DNA of 64,000 nt from an uncultured Nitrososphaerota archaeon (lineage in GTDB: Archaea > Thermoproteota > Nitrososphaeria > Nitrososphaerales > Gagatemarchaeaceae). Below, piece by piece: positions 44,381-54,393 of the stretch (its first letter is position 1; every line of letters begins with the position of its first letter). Below the pieces are notes generated by a model that was given only the letters and a program-made list of their open reading frames with translations, did no database searches and was not told the DNA's origin. The translations under genes and the position numbers were made by a program. Location: assembly GCA_963838925.1 (NCBI GenBank), contig CAWISW010000003.1, positions 544,001 through 608,000 on the forward strand, written 5' to 3'.

Positions 44381-46465
44381 ATGGCCAAGGATCCCATCTG
44401 TGGAATGTTCGTCGACGAGTCCTCAGCGGAGCTGAAGGCTCAGGTCCGAGGCGTCACCTACTACTTCTGCAGCGAGAGCTGCATGCGCGAGTTCCTGGCA
44501 CCCGAGGAGGAGCTCCGGAAGCTCAAGGTCGAAGTCGCGTCGGCGGCGCTGCTCTCCATCCCTATACTCCTCCTCACCTACGCGTCCCCAATCCCGCTGC
44601 AGGCCTCGAACTACCTCCTCTTTCTCTTGGAGACGCCCATCCAGTTCGTCATCGGATGGCGCTTCTACAAGGGGACCTACGACAGCATCAAGAACAAGAT
44701 GGGAAACATGGACGCGCTCATCGCGCTCGGCACCTCTGCAGCGTGGGCCTACTCGTCGGCGGTCACCTTCGACCCCGGCCTCTTCCACACCTCCGGCGTC
44801 TTCTTCGACACGGCCGCGGTGATAATCACCCTGGTCCTTACGGGGCGCCTCCTCGAGCACCTCACGAAGAGCAGGGCCTCCGCCTCGGTGAGGAAGCTCC
44901 TTGAGCTGCAACCCACGATGGCCCGCAGGATTGGCCCCGACGGCTCGGAGGCCGAGGTCCCGGTCGAGCAAGTCAGGGTCGGGGACGCGTTGGCAGTCAG
45001 GCCGGGCGAGAAGATACCGGTGGACGGGATAGTCGTAGAAGGAACGTCAGCGGTGGACGAGTCCCTGATCACAGGCGAGAGCGTCCCTGCTGACAAGGGG
45101 CCGGGCGACGAGGTGATAGGAGCCACCATCAACAAGTCGGGCCTCCTGAAGCTCCGGGCGGAGAGGGTCGGCCAGGACACCGCCCTCTTTCAGATCGTCA
45201 GGCTCGTCGAGGAGGCGCGGGTCGGAAGGGCGCCCATCCAGCGGCTCGCAGACAGGATCGCCTCTTATTTCGTCCCCTTGGTAGTCGCGGCCGCGGCGGT
45301 CGCAGGCCTCTCGTGGTATTTCTTCGGTCACCTAGGCCTCGACTTCTCTATGCTGGCCTTCGTGTCCGTCGTGGTGATCGCGTGTCCCTGCGCCCTAGGC
45401 GTAGCCACGCCCGCCGCGCTCCTGGTGGGGACCAGCGTGGGGGCTCGATGCGGCGTCCTGATCAAGGGCGGAGAGTACCTGGAGCGCGCTGCGAAGGTCG
45501 ACACCGTGGTCTTCGACAAGACCGGCACCCTTACCGTTGGGAAGCCTTCTGTCACCGACGTCTTCCCGTTTGGCGGTCTAGCTCCGGAGGACCTCCTCCA
45601 CCTCGCGGCTTCTGCCGAGAAGGGCTCGGAGCACCCGCTCGGTGAGGCAATCATCAACGAAGCGAGGAGCCGCTCTCTCAGCGTGTCGGAGCCCCAGGGC
45701 TTCGAGGCCTTCCCTGGAAGAGGCGTCAAGGCGACCGTGGGAGGGCGCAGCGTCCTCGTGGGAAACAGACTGCTGGCGGCCCAGAGCGGGCTCGACCTCT
45801 CCGTCGCCGAGCCTGCGCTCATCCGGTGCGAGGAGGGAGGAAAGACCGCAATGATAGTGGTCGTAGACGGCGAGGTGAGAGGGGTCCTGGCCGTCGCCGA
45901 CACGCTGAAGCCTTCGGCGAGGCGCGCGGTCGACGCCCTCAAGGGAATGGGCATCGAGGTGGTGATGCTCACCGGCGACAACAAGCGCACCGCCTCTTCG
46001 ATCGCCCGAGAGTTGGGCATCAAGAGATTCGTGGCCGAGGTGCTACCTCAGCAGAAGGAGGCTGCAATCGAGTCCCTGCAGAAGGAAGGGAGGGTCGTCG
46101 CCATGGTGGGCGACGGCATCAACGACGCGCCCGCTTTGGCGCGGGCTGACGTCGGGATGGCGATCGGAGGGGGCGCAGACATCGCAAAAGAGACGGGCGG
46201 GATAGTCCTCATCAAGGACGACCTCATGAACGTCGTGGTGGCTATGAGGCTAAGCCGCAAGACGCTGTCGAAGATCCGGCAGAACCTCTTCTGGGCCTTT
46301 GCCTACAACGTCGTGCTGATCCCCATCGCCGCAGGAGCGCTGGTTCCGTTCTTCGGGGGCCAGGTGTACGACGTCCTGCCCTTCCTTGCCGCTAGCGCGA
46401 TGGCGATAAGCTCGGTAACGGTAATCGGCAACTCGCTCCTTCTCTTCCGCTTCAAGTCACTCTGA
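44381..46465 (+). CDS. copA: Cu(I)-translocating P1B-type ATPase with N-terminal YHS domain
   Basis: DPICGM..YFCS..C, TGES, CPC, DKTGT, SEHP, GDGIND, YN and M..SS motifs. Confidence 0.95.
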   Translation: MAKDPICGMFVDESSAELKAQVRGVTYYFCSESCMREFLAPEEELRKLKVEVASAALLSIPILLLTYASPIPLQASNYLLFLLETPIQFVIGWRFYKGTYDSIKNKMGNMDALIALGTSAAWAYSSAVTFDPGLFHTSGVFFDTAAVIITLVLTGRLLEHLTKSRASASVRKLLELQPTMARRIGPDGSEAEVPVEQVRVGDALAVRPGEKIPVDGIVVEGTSAVDESLITGESVPADKGPGDEVIGATINKSGLLKLRAERVGQDTALFQIVRLVEEARVGRAPIQRLADRIASYFVPLVVAAAAVAGLSWYFFGHLGLDFSMLAFVSVVVIACPCALGVATPAALLVGTSVGARCGVLIKGGEYLERAAKVDTVVFDKTGTLTVGKPSVTDVFPFGGLAPEDLLHLAASAEKGSEHPLGEAIINEARSRSLSVSEPQGFEAFPGRGVKATVGGRSVLVGNRLLAAQSGLDLSVAEPALIRCEEGGKTAMIVVVDGEVRGVLAVADTLKPSARRAVDALKGMGIEVVMLTGDNKRTASSIARELGIKRFVAEVLPQQKEAAIESLQKEGRVVAMVGDGINDAPALARADVGMAIGGGADIAKETGGIVLIKDDLMNVVVAMRLSRKTLSKIRQNLFWAFAYNVVLIPIAAGALVPFFGGQVYDVLPFLAASAMAISSVTVIGNSLLLFRFKSL

Positions 46466-47056
46466 GGAAGACTCTGCCAACTCGCCTTGGCCGGAGATCT
46501 GCGCCAGAGTCTTGCGGCTGACCGCCGAGAAGTCATGGTCGTTGGCGTCGTATCCGGGCTTGGAGTACCTGTCGCGGTGCTTGATCAGCAGCCACGACTC
46601 CTTCCCGCCGAACCCGCTGGTCCTGACAAGGGCGAAAGAGCCCTGGAGCTTCTTCCCGTATAGCTTGAACTTCAGGTTGCCCTCTTGGAGGCTCTTCTCA
46701 GCGACCTCCTCGGCCTCCTCCTTCCCGAGGACCTCCCTTCGGACGCCCTTGCTCACCTCGACCTCCGGGTTGTAGGTCCCCTCGTCCCAGATCATGACCG
46801 GTCCCGCGCCGTAGTTGCCCTCGAGCACTCCTTCAAAGTGCCTGTACTCGAGCTGGTGGTCCGAGGTCGGCATCGCGAGGCGCCTCACGCCGCTATCGAG
46901 CGTCGGGCCCTTTGGGATCGCCCAGGAGGGCATGACGCCTCCGACCTCGAGCCGGAAGTCGTAGTGGAGGGCCGTCGCCTTGTGCTTCTGGACGACAAAC
47001 GCGAGCCGCCCCTTCGGCCTTCTCGCCCGGGCCTTATCGTCTCGCCTTGATTTCAT
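46457..47056 (-). CDS. Stand-alone LigD 3'-phosphoesterase domain protein
   Basis: FVVQKH.A..LHYDFRLE..GV..SWAIPKGP...RLA..T.DH...Y motif. Confidence 0.92.
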   Translation of the reverse strand: MKSRRDDKARARRPKGRLAFVVQKHKATALHYDFRLEVGGVMPSWAIPKGPTLDSGVRRLAMPTSDHQLEYRHFEGVLEGNYGAGPVMIWDEGTYNPEVEVSKGVRREVLGKEEAEEVAEKSLQEGNLKFKLYGKKLQGSFALVRTSGFGGKESWLLIKHRDRYSKPGYDANDHDFSAVSRKTLAQISGQGELAESSSE

Positions 47057-47065
47057 TTCGTTTGG

Positions 47066-47395
47066 CTAGCTCGCAGCGGGCCTCTGGTCGCCCTCGTTCA
47101 GGAACCGCTTGATCCCGGTGCCGAACATCAGCATCATCAGCCAGAACCCGACGAGCAGCGCGACGAGGGCGTAGCTGCTGTAGAGGTTGAGCGCGATCAG
47201 TCCGGCGGCGATTATCGTGGCGCCGACGAAGTTCGAGAGCCCCCACAGTATGTTGGTCCTCGGAGAGGACTTTTGCCCGAAGGGGCTCCTGAACACCTTC
47301 CCTGCCGCTCCGAACGTGAAGTGGGGCACGCCGTTTCCCAAGAGAAACCCCAGCACGAAGTACCAGATGAGGAAGAGCTGCACCATTGCATGCAC
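47066..47395 (-). CDS. Small hypothetical membrane protein
   Basis: G.LL.NGVPHF..G..G..F.SPF....S...N.LWG..N pattern; three TM segments. Confidence 0.75.
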   Translation of the reverse strand: MHAMVQLFLIWYFVLGFLLGNGVPHFTFGAAGKVFRSPFGQKSSPRTNILWGLSNFVGATIIAAGLIALNLYSSYALVALLVGFWLMMLMFGTGIKRFLNEGDQRPAAS

Positions 47396-47447
47396 AAGAT
47401 TCGGTCTTCCTTATCTGGATTATGCGGCCGAGTCGCCAGCGAGAGCC

Positions 47448-49052
47448 TCAAAGGTCCTCCCTCGCACTGAGGGACCTGCCCGCGGCCGACAGCAAGTAGT
47501 TCAGCATGAGCACGGTGTAGGCGAGGGCGACGCAGAGAAGGCCGACCGCGAGGGGGACGAACGACGAAGGTGGGAGGGCGCCGGCGACCGGCCCGGCGAC
47601 CAGGACGAGCGCCATGATCGGGGAGACCAACAGCAGGTTGATGATCGTCTGATAGAGGAACCTCTTCACGTCGGTGAGGTCCTGCCCCTGCGACAGCAGG
47701 AGGTCGTCCGACGTGCTCTGCCCGTACCTCGCGGCGAAGTACATTCCTCCCGCCATCATTATCGCCGCCACCTCGAGTGCGCCCGGCAGCGACAGCCCAA
47801 CCGCGAGGAAGGAGGTCGGGTGCCCAAGGTCGCCCAGAAGGAGAGGAGCGCCGACCGCCGCGGCGACCGGGGAGAGCAGGAGAAGCAGCGGGGTGACCCT
47901 CGCCCGGTAGGCCTCCCTGACGTATCTCGCAAGGTCGAGCGAGGACGTCTTGATTATCCACAGCCTCTCCTTCTCCAGCCACCTCGCCGCGCTCCCCGAC
48001 CCGAAGGAGCCGATGATGAAGAGGATGAACAGGAACGAGGTGGGCGAGGACTGGAAGACGCCCGAGAGCGAGTAGATGACCATGAACCCCGCGAGGAACA
48101 GCGTGTTGATCAGCATGCTCCGCATCTCCTTAGTCCTGCTCATCATCACCCTCTCCTTCGACCTCACCACAGCCCACACGGTCCTCCCACTGGTCTCGAG
48201 CCTCGAGGTGACCTTCATCCCCTTGTCCCCGGCCCCGGTCGCCTCCTGGTCCTCGAGCTGGAGCACCTCGTAGAACTGACCCCTCGACATCCTCACCCCC
48301 ACCGCGAGGAGGCCGACGAACCACGCGGCGAGGGCAGCGACGCCTAGCCCCGTCCCGTAGCTCAGGCGTTCGCCGCTCACGAGGCTGTAGCTCACCTGTG
48401 CCGCGAGCCCGCTGGGAAGCACGCTGACGACCTGCCCCAGCGACGGGGGAGCGCCGGGGATGAGGAGCGTGAGGGGTACGAGGCTGATCGCGACGACCGC
48501 GGCCATCAGCCCGTTCCTGAAGATCCTCAGCCGGGGCGCAATCCTCGAGTTCAGCGAGAGCGTGATGTCGGCGCTCAAGAAGAGGCCCATGACGAAGAAC
48601 GAGAGCGTCACCATCCCGGCCAGGACTGCGGAGGAGACTGGCGTCCCGTACGACTCGGCGAACCTGAGGTAGAGGACGAAGATGGGCGGGAACGACAGCA
48701 GGACGGTCGTCACGGAGTTCATGAGCACCTTGGCCGAGAAGACCTCGCTGGGTCTCACCGGGGCGGTGAAGATGTAATCGACGTCCGCCGAGGAGACGGG
48801 GAGCCCGCTCCCGTTGAACCCGCTCTGGATCAGGCCCACGAGGAAGAGCGCGAAGAGTAGGCTCAGGCCGGTGTCCGAGATGCTCCCTCCGAGGTTGAAC
48901 TTCGAGGAGAACGAGAGGAACGTCCCTCCAGCGAACAGGACGAACACGACCCCGAAGGACTCTCCGACGAGCATCCACACCGCGACGGCCCTCGTGAGCC
49001 GGCCCTTCATCCAGTACCGGACGAGCGTGAGCACGGTGCTCCAGCTATTCAA
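47448..49052 (-). CDS. Putative ABC exporter permease
   Basis: About 12-14 TM segments, ADVDYIFTAP; follows an ABC ATPase. Confidence 0.82.
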   Translation of the reverse strand: MNSWSTVLTLVRYWMKGRLTRAVAVWMLVGESFGVVFVLFAGGTFLSFSSKFNLGGSISDTGLSLLFALFLVGLIQSGFNGSGLPVSSADVDYIFTAPVRPSEVFSAKVLMNSVTTVLLSFPPIFVLYLRFAESYGTPVSSAVLAGMVTLSFFVMGLFLSADITLSLNSRIAPRLRIFRNGLMAAVVAISLVPLTLLIPGAPPSLGQVVSVLPSGLAAQVSYSLVSGERLSYGTGLGVAALAAWFVGLLAVGVRMSRGQFYEVLQLEDQEATGAGDKGMKVTSRLETSGRTVWAVVRSKERVMMSRTKEMRSMLINTLFLAGFMVIYSLSGVFQSSPTSFLFILFIIGSFGSGSAARWLEKERLWIIKTSSLDLARYVREAYRARVTPLLLLLSPVAAAVGAPLLLGDLGHPTSFLAVGLSLPGALEVAAIMMAGGMYFAARYGQSTSDDLLLSQGQDLTDVKRFLYQTIINLLLVSPIMALVLVAGPVAGALPPSSFVPLAVGLLCVALAYTVLMLNYLLSAAGRSLSAREDL

Positions 49053-49072
49053 CCGGGTTCAACTCTTCGGAG

Positions 49073-49819
49073 CTACGCCGTCTCCGCGGTGAGCTTCAGG
49101 AAGACCTCGTCGAGCCTCGCGTCCTTCCCAGCGTCGGCCATCCTGCGGAGGCTCTCGAGGGCTCCCAGGGCTATGATGCTCCCCCTGTCGATTATCGCGA
49201 TCCTGGTCGCGTGGTCCTGGGCGATCTCCAGGTTGTGAGTCGAGAGGAGCACCGTCGTCCCGCTCTTCCCCTGCGCGGCGATCCAACTGTTGACGAACAC
49301 CTGCGACTTGGGGTCGAGGGCGGTGAGCGGCTCGTCCAGCACGAGGACCTTCGGGTCGTGGAGCGTCGCCGCGATGAGCGCGACCTTCTGCTTCATCCCC
49401 TTCGAGAGCGTGCCAAGCAGCGTATCGGCCTTCTCCTCGAGCGAGAACGTCATCAATGCCTCCGAGATCTTGTCCCTCAGCCGGTCGTCGGGCACGTCCC
49501 TGATCTTGCCGAGGAACCTCAGGAACTCGCTGACGGTCAGCCCCGTGTAGAGCGAGGGGTTCTCGGGGAGGTACCCCACGTTCCTCTTCGCGGCCTCCGG
49601 CTCCTTCGCGATGTCGCTCCCTCCGACCCTGACGCTGCCGCTCGTGGGGCGCAGGATCCCGACGACTATCTTCATCAGCGTGCTCTTGCCCGCGCCGTTC
49701 GGCCCCAGGAGGCCCAGGATCTCCCCCGCTCCCACCTCGAGGGAGACGCCGTTCAACGCCACGACCTTCCCGTAGACCTTGGTGAGGTTCTCGATCTCGA
49801 TCTTGTTCTCTGGCAGCAT
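49073..49819 (-). CDS. ABC transporter ATP-binding protein
   Basis: GPNGAGKST, LSKGMKQK and LDEP motifs. Confidence 0.95.
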   Translation of the reverse strand: MLPENKIEIENLTKVYGKVVALNGVSLEVGAGEILGLLGPNGAGKSTLMKIVVGILRPTSGSVRVGGSDIAKEPEAAKRNVGYLPENPSLYTGLTVSEFLRFLGKIRDVPDDRLRDKISEALMTFSLEEKADTLLGTLSKGMKQKVALIAATLHDPKVLVLDEPLTALDPKSQVFVNSWIAAQGKSGTTVLLSTHNLEIAQDHATRIAIIDRGSIIALGALESLRRMADAGKDARLDEVFLKLTAETA

Positions 49820-49902
49820 CTCCTCCTCCTTGCTATGTGCGCAGGTCAGACAGAAGTTCGCCAATCAAGGGGCGTGTGCTCTCCTCTGGGGCTTGGCTGC
49901 TG

Positions 49903-50232
49903 CTAGCGGCTCGCCAGCGGCTTGCCGGATGCGGGGGCCGCGACCCTCGTCTCGTTGAATATCTCCCCAAAGGCCCGCTCGAAGTATGCGAGGGACCTTT
50001 CGAAGGTCGCCCTGCCCTCCTTCGTGATCTCGTAGACCGAGTTTCGGCCTTTCGGGCTCGCCACGATGAGTTCGCGGGCCGCCAGCTCCTTGAGGGCGGG
50101 GTATATCGTCCCGGGGTTCGGCTTGTCCCCCCTGCGGTTCCCTATCTCGGTCGCGAGCTCCTGCCCGTACATCGGTCGCTTGGACAGGAGCCAAAGAATC
50201 GTGAAAGAGAGCATTCCTCTCATGTCGCACAT
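49903..50232 (-). CDS. PadR family transcriptional regulator
   Basis: ILWLL...PMYG.EL....PGTIYPAL..L....Y.IT..G pattern. Confidence 0.92.
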   Translation of the reverse strand: MCDMRGMLSFTILWLLSKRPMYGQELATEIGNRRGDKPNPGTIYPALKELAARELIVASPKGRNSVYEITKEGRATFERSLAYFERAFGEIFNETRVAAPASGKPLASR

Positions 50233-50375
50233 CTCCCCCGGATCTTCTTCCTTCACTCTCTGTGACCAGCATCTAAGGTCACGTCCGCGATTATAAGGAT
50301 ATGGGGTGACCAATAGAGGGACGACAGGACGGTCGCTCGAACTGCTTATAGGGCGCAGAAGGGCAGTTTGACGAG

Positions 50376-51233
50376 ATGCCGAGCATCGACGTCGGCGGCG
50401 TGTCGCTCTTCTACGAACGCGCCGGCAGCGGGGAGCCGGTCGTCTTCGCCCACGGCATCCCGACGGACTACCGCGCGTGGGGGAGCCAGGCCGAGGCCTT
50501 CTCCAAGAGGTTCTCGACGATAGCCTACAGCAGGAGGTACGCGGCCCCTAACCAGAGGGCGGGGGACGTCACCGACAGCACCGTCGGCGCAAACGCGGCC
50601 GACCTGAAGGGGCTGATCGAGAGGCTCGGGTTGGGGCCCGTCCACCTCGTTGGCCATTCCTATGGCGGGTTCGCGGCTGCCTATCTCGCGGCCGACCACC
50701 CAGACCTCGTCCGCACCCTCGTCCTCGTGGAGCCGGCCATCGCGACCCTCCTGGTGGAGGACCCAGACAGCTCGGGTCAGATGCTCTCGCTCCTCATCCG
50801 AAGCCCCTCGGTGGCGCTGTCCGCGAGGCGCTTCCAGACGGGCTCCCTCGTGCCTTCGCTGAAGGCCCTCGACTCGGGCAAGGACGAGAAGGCGATTCAG
50901 CTCAACGTCGACGGCATCCAGAACAAGATTGGAGCCTTCGCCTCGATGCCGGACTCGACGAAGAAGATGATGCTCGACAACGCCAAGACCATCGCCGAGC
51001 TCCGGACAAAGCTCCCGCCGTTCAAGGCCAGCGCCGGCAAGATCTCCTGCCGGACGCTCGTCGTCAACGGCCAGGACAGCGCCGTGTGGCTCCGGCGCAT
51101 CGGAGAGCTCGTCGCGCGCGCCGTCCCGAACAGCGAGGCCTTGTCGATAGCGGGCGCCAGGCACTTCCCCCACATGGAGAACCCGTCCGAGTTCAACTCG
51201 AACGTCCTCAAGTTCGTCTCGAAGCGCGAATAA
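50376..51233 (+). CDS. Alpha/beta hydrolase
   Basis: VVFAHG, GHSYGG and A.HFPH.ENP motifs. Confidence 0.92.
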   Translation: MPSIDVGGVSLFYERAGSGEPVVFAHGIPTDYRAWGSQAEAFSKRFSTIAYSRRYAAPNQRAGDVTDSTVGANAADLKGLIERLGLGPVHLVGHSYGGFAAAYLAADHPDLVRTLVLVEPAIATLLVEDPDSSGQMLSLLIRSPSVALSARRFQTGSLVPSLKALDSGKDEKAIQLNVDGIQNKIGAFASMPDSTKKMMLDNAKTIAELRTKLPPFKASAGKISCRTLVVNGQDSAVWLRRIGELVARAVPNSEALSIAGARHFPHMENPSEFNSNVLKFVSKRE

Positions 51234-51244
51234 GCGCGCCCGCC

Positions 51245-51646
51245 CTACGAGGAGAGCTTCTTCCTGATCTCGTCGGGGATGGCCTTCGCCTTGCCGTCGC
51301 TCCCTATGAACACGTGCACGGTGTGCCCCGTGCAGAGCAGCTCCTTCCCGGGCAGCTTGGTGACCACGTAGTCTAAGCGGACGCTCGACCTCCCGACCTT
51401 GGCCGCCCGCGCATTCACGACCACCTCGTCGTCGTACCTCGCTGACGCCTTGTAGTCGGCGACCGCACGGACGACCGGGGTGTGGAAGCCCATCTTCTGC
51501 ACCTCGCTGTAGGGCAGTCCGACCGACCTGAAGAGCTCCGTCCTCGCCACCTCGAACCAGACGAAGTACTCGGCATAGTAGGCCACCTGCATCGCGTCCG
51601 TCTCCGCGAACCTGACGCGGACCTTCACAGAGTGCTCGGCTGGCAT
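51245..51646 (-). CDS. YbgC/4HBT-like thioesterase (candidate DHNA-CoA thioesterase)
   Basis: RVRFAETDAM.VAYY..Y..WFEVARTE motif; directly downstream of menC. Confidence 0.85.
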   Translation of the reverse strand: MPAEHSVKVRVRFAETDAMQVAYYAEYFVWFEVARTELFRSVGLPYSEVQKMGFHTPVVRAVADYKASARYDDEVVVNARAAKVGRSSVRLDYVVTKLPGKELLCTGHTVHVFIGSDGKAKAIPDEIRKKLSS

Positions 51647-51728
51647 GCGCCCGCTCCGTGAGGCGGGCTTCGGCTTTTTACATCCTCGCTTTCCTCGGCC
51701 GCCCGTCGGGCCGGGGGACAACCGCGCC

Positions 51729-52820
51729 CTAGAAGATGTCCCAGGTCTTCAGAGTGGCCTTTGCAAGGAGCTCTCTGTCCAGCTCGACCCCGATGCCAGG
51801 GCCGCGGTTCGGCCTGACCGTCCCGCGTTCCATGACGAAAGGGTTCTTGACGAGGTCCTTCTCGAAGTACCTGTCGTTGGGCGAGGTGTCCCCGGGAAAG
51901 TCGACGCTTCCTTGGGCGGCGAGCGCTACGTTGAACGCCCTCCCCACGCCGGTCTCCAGCATGCCCCCCACCCAGACGTGCGCCCCCATGCTCCTCGCGT
52001 TCCTCGCGATCTCCATCGAGGAAGTCAGGCCGCCGACCCTGCCTGGCTTGATGTTGATGACCTTCGCCGCGCCGGAGCGTACGGCCTCCTCCGCCCTCTC
52101 CAAGCTGGTCACTGACTCGTCCAGGCAGATGGGCGTGGAGATCTCCTTCGCGAGCGCCGCGTGGTCTGCGATGTCGTCGAACGCGAGCGGCTGCTCCAGG
52201 TACTGCAGCCCGAACCTGTCGATTCCCTTCAGCTCTGCCAAGTCCCTCCGAAGCCCGAAGCACCCGTTCGCGTCCGCGCTCAGCGGGATCTCAGGAAAGT
52301 CGTCCCTGATCCGCCTCAGCCTCTCGAGCGCCGTCTCCCTCTCGATTTTCACCTTGATCCTCATGTATCCTCGCTCAATCGCGCTCTCGATCAGGGACCT
52401 CACATGCCCCTCGTTGCCTAGCCCGATGGCGACGCCGGCCTCCGCGTGCCCCCTCGAATCTCCCAACTGCAGGTCGAGGGGTCGGCTGCCAGACTTGGCC
52501 ATGTAGTCCCAGAGGAGCATCTCGACGGCGGACTTCGCCATCACGTGACCCTTCACACGCCACACGGCCTCGCGGAACTTCCCAGGCGTGGGCGGCTCAG
52601 CCCGAATCTCGCCGGCGAAGAGCTCCCTGATGGCCCGCAGCGCGGTCCCGTTGTCCTCCCCCGTGAAAGACGGGGCCTCGTCGGTGATGCACTCGGAGAG
52701 CGCCTCAATGCCGCCGTGCTCCAGCCGGAGAATCAGCGCGTTCCTAGCTCGCATCGTGTGGGTGGAGTCGGAGAACGGGGAGCGCAAAGGCATCCTGACG
52801 AGGCTTACCCTGAAGCTCAA
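51729..52820 (-). CDS. menC: o-Succinylbenzoate synthase
   Basis: RIKVKI, ADAN, EQP, LDES, NIKPGRVGG, GGMLETG and GDTS motifs. TTG start at 52820. Confidence 0.9.
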   Translation of the reverse strand: MSFRVSLVRMPLRSPFSDSTHTMRARNALILRLEHGGIEALSECITDEAPSFTGEDNGTALRAIRELFAGEIRAEPPTPGKFREAVWRVKGHVMAKSAVEMLLWDYMAKSGSRPLDLQLGDSRGHAEAGVAIGLGNEGHVRSLIESAIERGYMRIKVKIERETALERLRRIRDDFPEIPLSADANGCFGLRRDLAELKGIDRFGLQYLEQPLAFDDIADHAALAKEISTPICLDESVTSLERAEEAVRSGAAKVINIKPGRVGGLTSSMEIARNARSMGAHVWVGGMLETGVGRAFNVALAAQGSVDFPGDTSPNDRYFEKDLVKNPFVMERGTVRPNRGPGIGVELDRELLAKATLKTWDIF

Positions 52821-52923
52821 CCTGGGGGCTCGGTCATCCCTCCGCGCTTTAACGTTTGGGCTCTCGATGTCCTGCAAACGCTTAATACCACTGAGCCGTG
52901 GTAATCGGAAAGCAGGAACGAGC

Positions 52924-54393
52924 ATGCCTCCCCATCGAAGCGCCTCCTTGTCGCTCGCCGAGCCCCTCCAGCGCTCGCTCCTCCAAGAGTGGGTCGACCG
53001 CTCGATCTCTGAAGCCATCTTGGAGGCCAGGAAGAGGGGCGCGCCCGTGCTGCACGTCAGCCGCAGCAGAGTCGAGTGGGGGCTGCCTCTTTGCGCGTTC
53101 GATTCTTCGGTCGAGGACGTCAACTTCTTCGGAGGCCGCGAGGCGACCGTCTTGGGGGTCGGGACCGCTGAGGTGCTGGAGCCTGGCTCTCCGAGGCTCT
53201 TGGGCAGCGGGGCGACGAGGAGCCTGCTCGGGCAGGGCATCGTCTCGACGGAGGACGCCTCCAAGATCGTGGTTATGGGGGGCTGGGGGTTCCCTCCTCG
53301 GCGCGGGCAGAAGGAATCCGGAATCTGGCGCGACTTTCAGCCGTCTCGCTGGGTCATCCCCGCGTTCACCCTCACCGCCAGGGGCGAGGACGTCGAGCTA
53401 GCGCTTTCAGTCCGTGCAGCGCCCTCCTCCAAGGAGGCGCCGCTGCGCGCGCGGTACCGTGCCATGGTCGCCGCGATGCGGCCGCTCCCGTCCAACGAGA
53501 CCGGCAGACCTCCTGCCGCGGAGGCGAGCATTCCGAAGGTGGCTAGCGCGAGGAGCATACCTTCTCGAAAGAGCTGGGTCTCTCTCGCTCAGGATGCAAT
53601 CGATTCCATCTCGAGGGACGAGCTGAAGAAGGTCGTGCTTTCGCGCGCCGTCTCCCTCACTTTCCACGACGACGTCCCTGCCTCCGCGGTCCTGGAGAGG
53701 CTGATCTCGCTCAACCCCGACTCGACGGTCTTTGCCGTGAAGAGGAGAGGCTCGGTCTTCCTCGGAGCCAGCCCAGAGAGCCTCGTCTCGGTGAAGAACG
53801 GGGATGTCGAGGTCGACTGCCTCGCTGCCTCCACGCCGAGGAGCAGCGATTGGGAGAAGGACGAGAGCCTGGGGGCGCGCCTGCTGGAGGACTCAAAGTC
53901 CAGCAGGGAGCACCAATTCGTCGTAAGGGCGGCGGTCAGGGCGCTCTCTCCCATCAGCTCGAAGGTCGATGTCCCCGACGAGCCCGTCCTGAAGAAGCTG
54001 ACGACGATCCAGCACCTCTACACTCCTGTGAAGGCAAAGCTGCTCGACGGGAAGGACGTGTGGGACGCCGCGCAGGCGCTCTGGCCGAACCCCGCCATCG
54101 GAGGGGAGCCCAAGGACAAGGCGGTGGCCTGGATCCGCAGGTTCGAGGAGCTGGGCAGAGGCTGGTACTCGGGCGTTGTGGGCATTCTGAGCGCGAGCCT
54201 CGACGAAGCGAGCATGGTGGTGGGCATCAGGTCTGGCGTGATCAGGGGAAGGCAGGCGGTCATCTACGCGGGCGCTGGGCTCGTCGCCGGCTCGGAGCCC
54301 CAAGAGGAGTTCGAGGAGACAGCCTGGAAGCTCAGGACAATGGGCAGGGCGCTGGGAATGCGCGATGGCGACGACGCCATCGGCGAAGGGTGA
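52924..54393 (+). CDS. menF: Isochorismate synthase
   Basis: KKVVLSR, FLGASPE, EHQFV, QHL.TP, RGWYSG and YAGAGLVAGS.P..E.EET..K motifs. Confidence 0.9.
   Translation: MPPHRSASLSLAEPLQRSLLQEWVDRSISEAILEARKRGAPVLHVSRSRVEWGLPLCAFDSSVEDVNFFGGREATVLGVGTAEVLEPGSPRLLGSGATRSLLGQGIVSTEDASKIVVMGGWGFPPRRGQKESGIWRDFQPSRWVIPAFTLTARGEDVELALSVRAAPSSKEAPLRARYRAMVAAMRPLPSNETGRPPAAEASIPKVASARSIPSRKSWVSLAQDAIDSISRDELKKVVLSRAVSLTFHDDVPASAVLERLISLNPDSTVFAVKRRGSVFLGASPESLVSVKNGDVEVDCLAASTPRSSDWEKDESLGARLLEDSKSSREHQFVVRAAVRALSPISSKVDVPDEPVLKKLTTIQHLYTPVKAKLLDGKDVWDAAQALWPNPAIGGEPKDKAVAWIRRFEELGRGWYSGVVGILSASLDEASMVVGIRSGVIRGRQAVIYAGAGLVAGSEPQEEFEETAWKLRTMGRALGMRDGDDAIGEG

Noticed and set aside
46457-47056. Complete NHEJ system
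   Set aside because: Only the phosphoesterase module is present, with no Ku, ligase or polymerase. Stand-alone versions are already known in archaea.
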